Virus record (IMG/VR): IMGVR_UViG_3300032247_000812
Span: 1-56,160 of that record
DNA length: 56,160 nucleotides
From: a virus
Lineage: Duplodnaviria; Caudoviricetes
Direction: 5' to 3' (one strand)
Shown: positions 1 through 7,719 of the stretch, in pieces
How the letters are laid out: each line of letters opens with the position of its first letter
Position numbering within the stretch: the stretch's first letter is position 1
Program-made: the position numbers and the translations under genes
The notes under the pieces: model-generated
Database searches by the model: none
The model's input: the letters and a program-made list of their open reading frames with translations, nothing else
Told to the model about the DNA's origin: nothing

Positions 1-38
1 CCAGGGGGTCCAAGGTTCGAATCCTTGTACTCCGACCA
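1..38 (+). tRNA. tRNA-Pro, 3' half (truncated by window edge)
   Basis: T-arm CAAGG-TTCGAAT-CCTTG, 3' acceptor strand TACTCCG-A-CCA (implies C1:G72, A73, typical of tRNA-Pro); anticodon lies outside the window. Confidence 0.8.
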
Positions 39-57
39 ATTTGTATAGAAAGATGTT

Positions 58-246
58 ATGAGTAAAGGTAGTAGACCAAGACCATATAGTGTTAGTCAAG
101 AGGAATTTGCGAATAGCTTTGACAGAATCTTTCGCAAGCCTGATCCAAGAGTAATTCAAGATTCATTAAATGAAGATGAAGCATTTAATGATTTAGAAAA
201 ATTCAACAAACAAAAACTTAATAAAGAAAAAGGAAATACAGAATGA
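58..246 (+). CDS. hypothetical protein
   Basis: 62-aa ORF with MSKGSRPRP...F.NSFDRIF motif seen in small phage proteins; ATGA overlap with next ORF. Confidence 0.7.
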   Translation: MSKGSRPRPYSVSQEEFANSFDRIFRKPDPRVIQDSLNEDEAFNDLEKFNKQKLNKEKGNTE

Positions 247-416
247 CATGCAGAGGATACAATCCAAAGACAGTGAAAATTTCAAAGACAATTAAACGTG
301 TAGCATCAACTATTATTGACCCACACGTTCGTGGAGAGTTTATTCGTAGTTATGTAGAAGTCGCTAAAAGCAATTCTACTGTACGTACATCGAAAAAAGA
401 TTCTTTTAAGACTTAA
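243..416 (+). CDS. hypothetical protein (57 aa, below ORF-track cutoff)
   Basis: AAGGA RBS, ATG 243 overlapping upstream TGA, MTCRGYNPKTVKISK...SFKT, TAA 414-416. Confidence 0.65.
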   Translation: MTCRGYNPKTVKISKTIKRVASTIIDPHVRGEFIRSYVEVAKSNSTVRTSKKDSFKT

Positions 417-434
417 AGGATAAATAAGATTAAT

Positions 435-509
435 GCATCCTTAGCTCAGGGGTAGAGCGTCTCCTTTACACGGAGAGGGTCCGCGGTTCGAAACCGTGAG
501 GATGTACCA
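435..509 (+). tRNA. tRNA-Val (TAC)
   Basis: Cloverleaf: GCATCCT/AGGATGT acceptor, GCTC/GAGC D-stem, TCTCC-TTTACAC-GGAGA anticodon arm, TTCGAAA T-loop, encoded CCA. Confidence 0.96.
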
Positions 510-516
510 GATAGAT

Positions 517-590
517 GCGGGTATGATGTAAAGGTAACCTGAAACCTTGCCAAGGTTTATTTGCGAGTTCGATTCTCGCTACCCGCTCCA
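517..590 (+). tRNA. tRNA-Gly (GCC)
   Basis: GCGGGTA/TACCCGC acceptor, AAACC-TTGCCAA-GGTTT anticodon arm, GCGAG-TTCGATT-CTCGC T-arm, T73, encoded CCA. Confidence 0.96.
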
Positions 591-628
591 AACAATGTCA
601 GTAGATACAACCTTATAAAGAATTAATA

Positions 629-1210
629 ATGATTAGTGAAAGTTTACTTAAAGAATTAAATCAAACCGCCGGCCCTAATATGGAAGGTAATTTGTGTTAC
701 GAACATGAACTAGTTCCTAATGATAATCAATTCTATCAAGGTTTCGAAAATAAAAGAAAAAATATAGTAACAATAGCTAAAAAATATAATAATATAACAG
801 AGATTGGGTTTAATGCAGGACATAGTGCCGCAATAATGTTATCAGCTAACCCTAATTTAAATTTAACCAGTATTGATATCGGACATCATTCATATACTGT
901 ACCGTGTGCTAATGTAATACAAAATTATTTTCCTAATAAACATAAACTAATTTTAAAAGATTCAAGAAAAATTGGTAGGGATGAGATTGGACCATCTGAT
1001 GTAGTAATAATTGACGGTGGGCATGATTTTGCCAATTGTTTTTTAGACATTGCACTATGTATAGCATATTGTAAACCGAGAACTCTTATAGTTATAGACG
1101 ATTACGTTTATCCCCCGATTGCTGAAGCAACCAGCAGATTTTTAAGTTCTCTAACACCTTGTGATGAATTCATTAGCGATCCATTCCAAGGTATTTTTTA
1201 TTTAAAGTAA
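629..1210 (+). CDS. class I SAM-dependent methyltransferase (Methyltransf_24-like)
   Basis: EIGFNAGHS motif I, IIDGGH and IVIDD motifs. Confidence 0.85.
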   Translation: MISESLLKELNQTAGPNMEGNLCYEHELVPNDNQFYQGFENKRKNIVTIAKKYNNITEIGFNAGHSAAIMLSANPNLNLTSIDIGHHSYTVPCANVIQNYFPNKHKLILKDSRKIGRDEIGPSDVVIIDGGHDFANCFLDIALCIAYCKPRTLIVIDDYVYPPIAEATSRFLSSLTPCDEFISDPFQGIFYLK

Positions 1211-1233
1211 AAACAAACAACATAAAGGAAAAC

Positions 1234-1497
1234 ATGTCATTATCATCAAGATACACAAGCGAAGATGCAGTAGCAAAAATTGGAAACAGATTTAATCTGG
1301 TTCTCATTGCAACATTACGTGCTAGAGAATTACGTGCCGGAGACCCGTCAAAAGTTTCTGATGAAGGCACAGGTCCATTATTAACTGCCCTTCGTGAAAT
1401 CGAAGAAGGACATGTTGGTGTAGAGTACTTAGAGAGGTACAAGAACACAGAACAACAACGTAAGAAAAATTTTGAACGCTACAATAGAGAATTCTAA
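1234..1497 (+). CDS. rpoZ: DNA-directed RNA polymerase omega subunit
   Basis: EDAVAKIGNRFNLVLIATLRAREL and ALREIEEG match omega conserved regions; AAGGA RBS. Confidence 0.92.
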   Translation: MSLSSRYTSEDAVAKIGNRFNLVLIATLRARELRAGDPSKVSDEGTGPLLTALREIEEGHVGVEYLERYKNTEQQRKKNFERYNREF

Positions 1498-1506
1498 ATA
1501 GAACAC

Positions 1507-1698
1507 TCGGGCTACTCTTCTCCGTTAATGAAGGCGTAATTGTAGTAACGAGAACTACACGGTGCATTGGATCTACCGCAAGGCCCGCGTAACATGGGCG
1601 ACTTGAGAAATCACAAAGGCAGAACATAACTGTCTAGATAGAGATATGTAGGACAGCACCTTAAACTCATGTTGGGGCTTGGTAGTGCAAGTAGCCGA
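1507..1698 (+). ncRNA. candidate structured non-coding RNA of unknown class
   Basis: GC-richer intergenic segment closed by TCGG(G)CTACT/AGTAGCCGA, nested helices GGTGC/GCACC and ATCTA/TAGAT, two GNRA tetraloops, CTAAATA motif 6 nt upstream. Confidence 0.65.
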
Positions 1699-1702
1699 CA
1701 AC

Positions 1703-2311
1703 TCATACGTCAGAATTTGTATTAGGTCCCCAGCTACGACCTATTAAACAAATTCTATTACCGCTAGTAATCTTAGTAACACGGTGAGGATAATTAGCAG
1801 GGAACAATACACAACTACCAAATGCTCTACTAACATGATGGTCAGCAACATATAAATCCCCGCCTTCATATTCATTACTATCTGATAATTGTATAATTAG
1901 ATTTACTTTTCTTTCTAATTGTAAATCATCGGTTATTGAGCCATCATGGTGAGTACTAAAATAATCCCCTGGATGGTATATTTTTATTTCATATGGTTCA
2001 ATAAAAACTATATCGTTTTTTATTTTACTGGCATGTAGTGTCCAAACACTATTTAATATTCGGTATATGCTATTGCTATACCCAAATGCGTACATTGTTT
2101 CATGTACCTGACATGTAGTAAATTCTGAACCATCTCCCACATTTGACTGTCTTCTATGTAATCCCGAGGCACGTTCATCCTTTGCATATGCTTTTAAGTT
2201 ATCAGCAATAGATTCAGTAATAATATCATTAATTTCAAATATATTGTTATAATCTATTATAGCAGGATCAGGAGATAAAAACGATTTGGGTTTGTATTGT
2301 ATCGGGAACAT
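1703..2311 (-). CDS. 2OG-Fe(II) oxygenase (prolyl-4-hydroxylase-like)
   Basis: HHD, YEGGDL, FPA..PHRVTKITSGNR motifs. Confidence 0.88.
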   Translation of the reverse strand: MFPIQYKPKSFLSPDPAIIDYNNIFEINDIITESIADNLKAYAKDERASGLHRRQSNVGDGSEFTTCQVHETMYAFGYSNSIYRILNSVWTLHASKIKNDIVFIEPYEIKIYHPGDYFSTHHDGSITDDLQLERKVNLIIQLSDSNEYEGGDLYVADHHVSRAFGSCVLFPANYPHRVTKITSGNRICLIGRSWGPNTNSDV

Positions 2312-2326
2312 GTAGTATTTATTTAC

Positions 2327-2355
2327 TTGACATTAATCCCAAAACGTTGTATAAT
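2327..2355 (+). promoter_or_regulatory. sigma70-type early promoter
   Basis: TTGACA-17 nt-TATAAT, perfect consensus, upstream of AAGGA RBS and ATG 2376. Confidence 0.85.
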
Positions 2356-2375
2356 TAGATTAGAAAGGAATTATT

Positions 2376-2843
2376 ATGCCATGGATTGAAAATGTAGCAG
2401 CCGCAGATATCCCAACCCGCTTTCACCATGAAGCCGGTGAGAATAGTATGCTGATTAGCATTACAGACCCTGCGAGTTGGAGGCCAACACCGGCGCATAA
2501 ATTCAAAGAGATTCATAATTTTGAATTTTTGGATGTTGAAAAGGATGACTTTGTTCTTGAGGAAGCTATGAAGTGTAGCCAAGAACAAGCAAATGAATTG
2601 GTAAGACTATTGCAACATGCATTGGAAAATAAAATGAATGTTGTTGTTCATTGCTTTGCAGGTATTTGCCGTAGTGGTGCAGTTTGTGAAGTTGGTGTAA
2701 TGATGGGTTTTGATGACACCAACAGATTTCGCAGTCCAAACTTGTTGGTCAAGCATCGTATGATGAAGGCATTGGGTTGGACTTATGATGAAAACGAAAA
2801 GCCAAATATTGATGATTGGCGGACATTTAGAAATGATTTGTAA
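2376..2843 (+). CDS. protein tyrosine/dual-specificity phosphatase-like protein
   Basis: VVHCFAGICRSGA = HCxxGxxRS P-loop. Confidence 0.85.
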   Translation: MPWIENVAAADIPTRFHHEAGENSMLISITDPASWRPTPAHKFKEIHNFEFLDVEKDDFVLEEAMKCSQEQANELVRLLQHALENKMNVVVHCFAGICRSGAVCEVGVMMGFDDTNRFRSPNLLVKHRMMKALGWTYDENEKPNIDDWRTFRNDL

Positions 2844-3070
2844 TGTACAAGGTAATAGGTAAAGAAGAAACGTTTAAAGTTTTAACACTGGCTGAGGCAA
2901 TGAATCTTGCCAAGCACATGAATGAGTTTGTTACTATCAAAGGTACAGACTTTGAAGTGTGCGGTATGTTTGGTGTTGATAGTATTGTAGATGGCAAGAC
3001 ACCTGATGGCGTTGTATATAGTTGGAATAAATCCAGTCGCATTGGACGAGTAAAGAAGGATAGAGTATAA
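2843..3070 (+). CDS. hypothetical protein
   Basis: 75-aa ORF translationally coupled (TAATG) on both sides. Confidence 0.75.
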   Translation: MYKVIGKEETFKVLTLAEAMNLAKHMNEFVTIKGTDFEVCGMFGVDSIVDGKTPDGVVYSWNKSSRIGRVKKDRV

Positions 3071-3537
3071 TGACTACGTGTTATCAATTAATTGGCGTAC
3101 CGTGTAGCGGCAAAAGCACTTGGGTAGAAAACCAAATGTGGGCTTTACCCTGTGCTAAAGTTAGTACAGATAAGTGGGTTGAATTCTATGCTAAAGAAGT
3201 GGGTCGTACTTACTCCGAGGTGTTTGAAGGATTTATGCCCACTGCTGTAGACCTAATGGCTAAGGAAGTTGTTGCGGCACGTGATATGAAGCGTGATATT
3301 ATTTGGGACCAAACTAGTACTACTATAAAAAGCCGTGCTAGAAAGTTTAATATGTTACCTAATTATGAACATATTGCTGTGGTGTTTAAAACACCAGAAC
3401 ATAAAGAATTGATGCATCGGTTATCCAATAGACCTGGTAAAGAAATTCCAGAGCATGTTATTGCTAGCATGATTGCAAATTGGGAAGACCCTTCGCTAGA
3501 AGAAGGATTTAAGGATATTTGGTATATTAACAGTTAA
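3070..3537 (+). CDS. P-loop kinase (AAA_33 / polynucleotide-kinase-like)
   Basis: GVPCSGKST Walker A, IIWDQT Walker B, lid R..R motif. Confidence 0.85.
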   Translation: MTTCYQLIGVPCSGKSTWVENQMWALPCAKVSTDKWVEFYAKEVGRTYSEVFEGFMPTAVDLMAKEVVAARDMKRDIIWDQTSTTIKSRARKFNMLPNYEHIAVVFKTPEHKELMHRLSNRPGKEIPEHVIASMIANWEDPSLEEGFKDIWYINS

Positions 3538-3548
3538 AGGAGAACAAA

Positions 3549-4133
3549 ATGCCTAGTGTATTTTTAGTTAGCGATACGCACTTTGGTCACACGGGTGTTT
3601 GTAAGTTTACACGAAATGATGGAGTAACAAAATTACGTCCATGGGATAGTCCAGAAGAAATGGATGAAGAAATGGTCAAACGTTGGAACGAACGTGTAAA
3701 GCCAACCGATAAAGTCTATCACTTGGGTGATGTGGTTATTAACCGTAAAAGTTTAGGAATCATGCGCCGCTTAAACGGTGACAAGGTTTTAATTCGAGGT
3801 AACCACGACATTTTCCGTGATGATGAATATCGTGAACACTTTCGGGAATTACGTGCATATCATGTTATGAACGGAATGATATTAAGTCACATACCATTAC
3901 ATCCTGAATCATTAGGTCGATTTGGTGTTAACATTCACGGGCATTTACATGCCAATCGTGTTATGTTACCGGGATTTGGTGGTAAGATTACCGACATTGT
4001 AGATACCCGTTATCACTGCGTTTGCGTTGAACATACTGACTTTGCTCCTATCTTATTTGAAGATGTTATAGCACGAATCAAAGACGAAGGTGGTGAGGTT
4101 GGTTTTAAAAACGGAAACGGACCCACAATGTGA
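3549..4133 (+). CDS. calcineurin-like metallophosphoesterase
   Basis: SDTHFGH, LGD, GNHD, SHIP, HGHLH motifs. Confidence 0.92.
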   Translation: MPSVFLVSDTHFGHTGVCKFTRNDGVTKLRPWDSPEEMDEEMVKRWNERVKPTDKVYHLGDVVINRKSLGIMRRLNGDKVLIRGNHDIFRDDEYREHFRELRAYHVMNGMILSHIPLHPESLGRFGVNIHGHLHANRVMLPGFGGKITDIVDTRYHCVCVEHTDFAPILFEDVIARIKDEGGEVGFKNGNGPTM

Positions 4134-4155
4134 ATAGGGCCTTCGGGCCCTATTC
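4132..4155 (+). terminator. stem-loop with cUUCGg tetraloop (terminator or stabilising hairpin)
   Basis: GAATAGGGCC-TTCG-GGCCCTATTC perfect 10-bp stem; weak U-tract. Confidence 0.65.
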
Positions 4156-4156
4156 C

Positions 4157-4164
4157 TATAAATA
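4157..4164 (+). promoter_or_regulatory. T4-late-like promoter TATAAATA
   Basis: Exact T4 late consensus 4 nt before ATG 4169; the ATAAATA core recurs upstream of many genes. Confidence 0.6.
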
Positions 4165-4168
4165 GACA

Positions 4169-4915
4169 ATGTTAAGATTTTTACTTATTTTATTTTTTCC
4201 GTTAAATTGTTTTGCAACAAGTACGGTTGTTTACAATGCAACAACTAATAGTATAGTGCAAGGAACTTTGTGTTGTGAGGAAGTAAGCATTGCTAGTATT
4301 AGTAAATTAATGACGATATACACTGTATTAGAAGCTAAACAAGATTTAGAAGAAAAGATAATTGTACCCGATAGTAATGTTCGTGGTAGATTATCTAAAG
4401 GTATGGTAGTGTCTAGATTAGATGCAATTAAATTGGCACTTGTTAGTAGCGACAATATTGCCGCTATAACACTAGCAAACAATTATCCCGGCGGGCAGAT
4501 TAAATTTGTGCAAGCAATGAATTCAAACACACAGCAATTAAACATGCAACATACTAGATTTATAGAACCCACTGGATTGAGTACAATGAATTACAGCACT
4601 ATTGGTGATGTTGTTACAATGACAAATGCATTAATTAAATATCAAGTTTTTAAAGATGCCGCAAAAATTAAAGAATTATCAATTGTAGCATATAAAAACA
4701 AGAAACCAACTGTAATACATTCAAGACCAACTAGTACTTACTTTGGTGATGAAAAAATTGTAGCACTTAAAACAGGATTTACTAATGCGGCAGGTTTTTG
4801 CATTACTATGATAGTAAACAATAATAACCAACTGTATAACATTGTGGTGTTAGGAAGTAGAACACCAAACGAAAGAAGTAGAATAGTAAAAGAATTACTA
4901 ACCAAATTGAAATAA
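4169..4915 (+). CDS. peptidase S11 (D-Ala-D-Ala carboxy/endopeptidase, PBP7-like)
   Basis: Signal peptide, ASISKLMT (SxxK), SDN, EPTGL, KTGFT motifs. Confidence 0.92.
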   Translation: MLRFLLILFFPLNCFATSTVVYNATTNSIVQGTLCCEEVSIASISKLMTIYTVLEAKQDLEEKIIVPDSNVRGRLSKGMVVSRLDAIKLALVSSDNIAAITLANNYPGGQIKFVQAMNSNTQQLNMQHTRFIEPTGLSTMNYSTIGDVVTMTNALIKYQVFKDAAKIKELSIVAYKNKKPTVIHSRPTSTYFGDEKIVALKTGFTNAAGFCITMIVNNNNQLYNIVVLGSRTPNERSRIVKELLTKLK

Positions 4916-4937
4916 TATTTCAATTTATTAAATTTTA

Positions 4938-4945
4938 TATAAATA
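4938..4945 (+). promoter_or_regulatory. T4-late-like promoter TATAAATA
   Basis: Exact consensus 4 nt before ATG 4950. Confidence 0.6.
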
Positions 4946-4949
4946 CGAT

Positions 4950-5408
4950 ATGCTTGAATTCATCAAAGACATTTCTCACACACTTTTAAGTTTCATTAAA
5001 GATGATCCAGTTCGCCCCGAAATACCAACTAACTATAGAGTTAGTGATGGTCGTATGGTTGCGGCATTAACCGATGAAGAAAAAAATCCTGAAGCAATGG
5101 TATGTGTTAGCTTTCATGATTTTGTCCCATCAGATGTTACAGAATTAGATAACACTGCACAAGTTCCAACTACTGCAATTTTTTACACTATTTGGAGTTA
5201 CAAATCAGGTAAGGGACAAGAACTGTTATTTAGGGCTGTTAAAGGGATACAAGAACAATACCCAAGTGTAACTAGGTTTGTAACCCTAAGTCCTAAAACT
5301 AATACAGCAAGACGTTTTCATTTAAAGAATGGCGCCATTATTTTACGTGAAAACATAGACACAACCAACTACGAATACCTGCAAAAACCTGAAGAAAAAT
5401 TGTTGTAA
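4950..5408 (+). CDS. GNAT-fold protein resembling the malonyl-CoA decarboxylase catalytic domain
   Basis: TAIFYTIWS...G.GQELL...YPSVTRFVTLSP resembles MCD AxFYSIS...FxTLSP. Confidence 0.6.
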   Translation: MLEFIKDISHTLLSFIKDDPVRPEIPTNYRVSDGRMVAALTDEEKNPEAMVCVSFHDFVPSDVTELDNTAQVPTTAIFYTIWSYKSGKGQELLFRAVKGIQEQYPSVTRFVTLSPKTNTARRFHLKNGAIILRENIDTTNYEYLQKPEEKLL

Positions 5409-5420
5409 AAAAGCAACAAC

Positions 5421-5475
5421 TTTTGTCACATTTTTGACACGGTTTTGTCATATTTTTGACACATTTTTGTCGTAA
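5421..5475. repeat. five 11-bp tandem repeats TTTTG(T/A)CAYAT between two TGTYG-N8-CAACA boxes
   Basis: TTTTGTCACAT TTTTGACACGG TTTTGTCATAT TTTTGACACAT TTTTGTCGTAA read directly. Confidence 0.85.
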
Positions 5476-5494
5476 AAAAGCAACATTCCTTTAG

Positions 5495-5523
5495 TTGACA
5501 ATAAATGGGCTTTCGTGTATAAT
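5495..5523 (+). promoter_or_regulatory. sigma70-type early promoter
   Basis: TTGACA-17 nt-TATAAT; ATG 5530 follows 6 nt later. Confidence 0.85.
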
Positions 5524-5529
5524 CATTAC

Positions 5530-5868
5530 ATGAACTCGAAAATCATCCGTAAACGCAGAACTGATAGAAATCAAGTTATCTACTTCATTCAAGACGTAGT
5601 GACTGAAGAATATTATATCGGTTTAACTGCTATGTGTTTTGCAGGTAACGTGCGTAAGACATTGACCCGTCGTATGCAAAAACATATGCAACGTGCAATG
5701 ACAGAAAACAAAAACTGGGGTTTGTCACGTGCATTACGTGAACGAGGCGCCGAGCGTTTTGTATTCGGTGTTATTGAAATTGTACGTGGCAAGCGTCCTG
5801 CACATGCCCGTGAAACAGAATTGATTAACAGTTTACAACCCGCATTGAACACTTTTGGAGTTAAGTAA
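5530..5868 (+). CDS. small GIY-YIG nuclease-family protein
   Basis: VIYFIQDVVTEEYYIGLT, R...H, and E..LI...P.LN motifs. Confidence 0.75.
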   Translation: MNSKIIRKRRTDRNQVIYFIQDVVTEEYYIGLTAMCFAGNVRKTLTRRMQKHMQRAMTENKNWGLSRALRERGAERFVFGVIEIVRGKRPAHARETELINSLQPALNTFGVK

Positions 5869-6092
5869 TGAACACGCAAATTGAAAAACTAATTAATGAT
5901 ACAGTAGGTATTTTGGATCGTGATCCACTAGACCAATCTGAGGATACTTATAGTATTTTACTTAAGTTTACACAAGCCCTTGCTAGTGAACTAGGTGAGA
6001 TTGTAGTAGCAGATCCTGTCAAGGATGGTGTTCGCATGTACTTTGATGAAAAGATTGCCCGCTACGTAATCAAAAAGAGTGTTGGATTATAA
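5868..6092 (+). CDS. hypothetical protein
   Basis: 74 aa, GGAG RBS, TAATG coupling. Confidence 0.75.
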   Translation: MNTQIEKLINDTVGILDRDPLDQSEDTYSILLKFTQALASELGEIVVADPVKDGVRMYFDEKIARYVIKKSVGL

Positions 6093-6097
6093 GTATA

Positions 6098-6331
6098 ATG
6101 AAAGTAAACGACATCCTGCAATGGATTGGTGCTATATTCATTATTATTGGACACGTATGTAATGCAATCGGTCCTAATGCATATCCCTACAATATTGTAG
6201 CATTTACATTGGGTACGATTGCATTTCTAGCATGGACCATTCGTGTTAAAAACACACCGCAAATGGTAGTCAATGTTGTTGCAATAGCAACATGCATAAT
6301 TGGATTGTACAATGCATACTATACAAAGTAA
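6098..6331 (+). CDS. small membrane protein (3 predicted TM helices)
   Basis: Hydrophobic segments throughout 77 aa. Confidence 0.75.
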   Translation: MKVNDILQWIGAIFIIIGHVCNAIGPNAYPYNIVAFTLGTIAFLAWTIRVKNTPQMVVNVVAIATCIIGLYNAYYTK

Positions 6332-6545
6332 AGAACAAATTATAAACGACATGTGCTATACCTATAGGCATGACTATGGGCTACGCAAAGATCCAAGTGA
6401 GCCACCTTGGACAGCCGGCATGACAGAGCAGGATGCCAAAATGCTTTACAAAACCATGGAACAGATATATAATAACAACATCGAACCACATTTAAAGGAG
6501 TTACAAGATGTTTTTGAAAGAAGTCAACGAAGCACTGGACCATAA
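6312..6545 (+). CDS. hypothetical protein
   Basis: ORF in operon; IINDMCYTYRHDYGL. Confidence 0.7.
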   Translation: MHTIQSKEQIINDMCYTYRHDYGLRKDPSEPPWTAGMTEQDAKMLYKTMEQIYNNNIEPHLKELQDVFERSQRSTGP

Positions 6546-7017
6546 AATCGTAGGTGGAAGTGATTACGGTTGGAATTGTTATCCTGATGCAAGATTTATG
6601 GATTACGAAAGTGAGTATGCACATGTGGGAGTACTTTTTAGTACAGTGACCCAAGAAATTTATTCTGCTGAAATTAACGATAAAGCAGATAAGTATAAAC
6701 CATATCGTTGGTTGAATCCTAATTATGTTGACGCATATTTGGCTGAAGCAAAGCAACGTGGTATAGACCCCAATGAAGCATGGGATGATACCAAATGGTA
6801 TGATTTAGAAGTCTCCGAAGATTGGTTAACAAAGGCTCATGCAATTTTCAATGGTCTAGAATTTGATGACCGTGTTGTAGTTCAAGTGGACCTTGAGAAT
6901 GATTTAATTTTGACTCTAGCAATGGAAGCGCATAAACGTGATATTACGCTAAATAAGATGATGGAGATTGTTTTACAAGAAGCAATTGACCGTCATGTCA
7001 ACGAACTTGTAGCCTAA
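6508..7017 (+). CDS. hypothetical protein with C-terminal ribbon-helix-helix-like segment
   Basis: AAGGAG RBS; C-terminal LAMEAHKRDITLNKMMEIVL. Confidence 0.75.
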   Translation: MFLKEVNEALDHKIVGGSDYGWNCYPDARFMDYESEYAHVGVLFSTVTQEIYSAEINDKADKYKPYRWLNPNYVDAYLAEAKQRGIDPNEAWDDTKWYDLEVSEDWLTKAHAIFNGLEFDDRVVVQVDLENDLILTLAMEAHKRDITLNKMMEIVLQEAIDRHVNELVA

Positions 7018-7053
7018 CACGTTATAAGAGTATATCACAAGAAAGGAAGCCCT

Positions 7054-7386
7054 ATGAAAAAAGTTATTTTAGCTACTATTTTGGGTTTAGGATTAGTCGG
7101 TACTGCAAGTGCCCAATATTATGGTCATCATCGTCACGGCGGATATTATCGCGGTGGTTGCTATGGTTGTGGTTGGGTAGCTCCTGCATTAATTGGCGGA
7201 GTAATTGGTTACGAATTAAGTCGCAATGCTCCGGTCGTTGTCCAGCAACCCGTGCTAGTACAGCAACAGCCTGTTATAATTGAACAGCAACCGGTCATTC
7301 AACAACCACCAATTGGTTATCATTGGCAAGAAATGATTGACCCACAAACAAACACAAGAAAAATTGTTTTAGTCCCAAATCAGTAA
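7054..7386 (+). CDS. secreted/membrane Gly- and Gln/Pro-rich protein
   Basis: Signal peptide MKKVILATILGLGLVGTASA, GWVAPALIGG, QQPV repeats. Confidence 0.8.
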   Translation: MKKVILATILGLGLVGTASAQYYGHHRHGGYYRGGCYGCGWVAPALIGGVIGYELSRNAPVVVQQPVLVQQQPVIIEQQPVIQQPPIGYHWQEMIDPQTNTRKIVLVPNQ

Positions 7387-7431
7387 CCAAAAGCTATTGC
7401 TATTTAAAGATACCTGTGATATCATTACACT

Positions 7432-7719
7432 ATGAATGATATTTTAACAGGTATTTTTGTTTGGATTAAAGATGACTACAAGACACATCCTTTTAGGTTT
7501 TTCATGGAGGTACTGGCATGGGCAATTTCAATTGGCTGTGCTATCGTTATGGCATTTACTGTACCGAATCCTCCCCTTTTTATTCTTTACCCTACTTGGA
7601 TCACTGGTTGTGCTATCTATGCTTGGTCTGCTTTTACTAGGAAATCATTTGGGATGTTGGCTAACTACATACTGTTAGTCTGTATTGATAGTGTTGGATT
7701 GATAAGGATGATAATATAA
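7432..7719 (+). CDS. small membrane protein
   Basis: 3 hydrophobic helices; weak TTGCTA-17-TATCAT promoter directly upstream. Confidence 0.75.
   Translation: MNDILTGIFVWIKDDYKTHPFRFFMEVLAWAISIGCAIVMAFTVPNPPLFILYPTWITGCAIYAWSAFTRKSFGMLANYILLVCIDSVGLIRMII

Noticed and set aside
1322-1627. 101-aa minus-strand ORF over rpoZ and the RNA candidate
   Set aside because: Antisense to rpoZ, no RBS, atypical composition
1507-1698. Assignment of the structured RNA to 6S, SRP, RNase P, tmRNA or a group I intron
   Set aside because: Branched rather than rod-like; no SRP GGAA/AGCAG domain, no RNase P GAGGAAAGUC, no tRNA-like ends, and it does not interrupt a gene
5530-5868. Intron-encoded or mobile homing endonuclease
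   Set aside because: Only a catalytic-size GIY-YIG domain, no DNA-binding tail, no split host gene or intron structure around it
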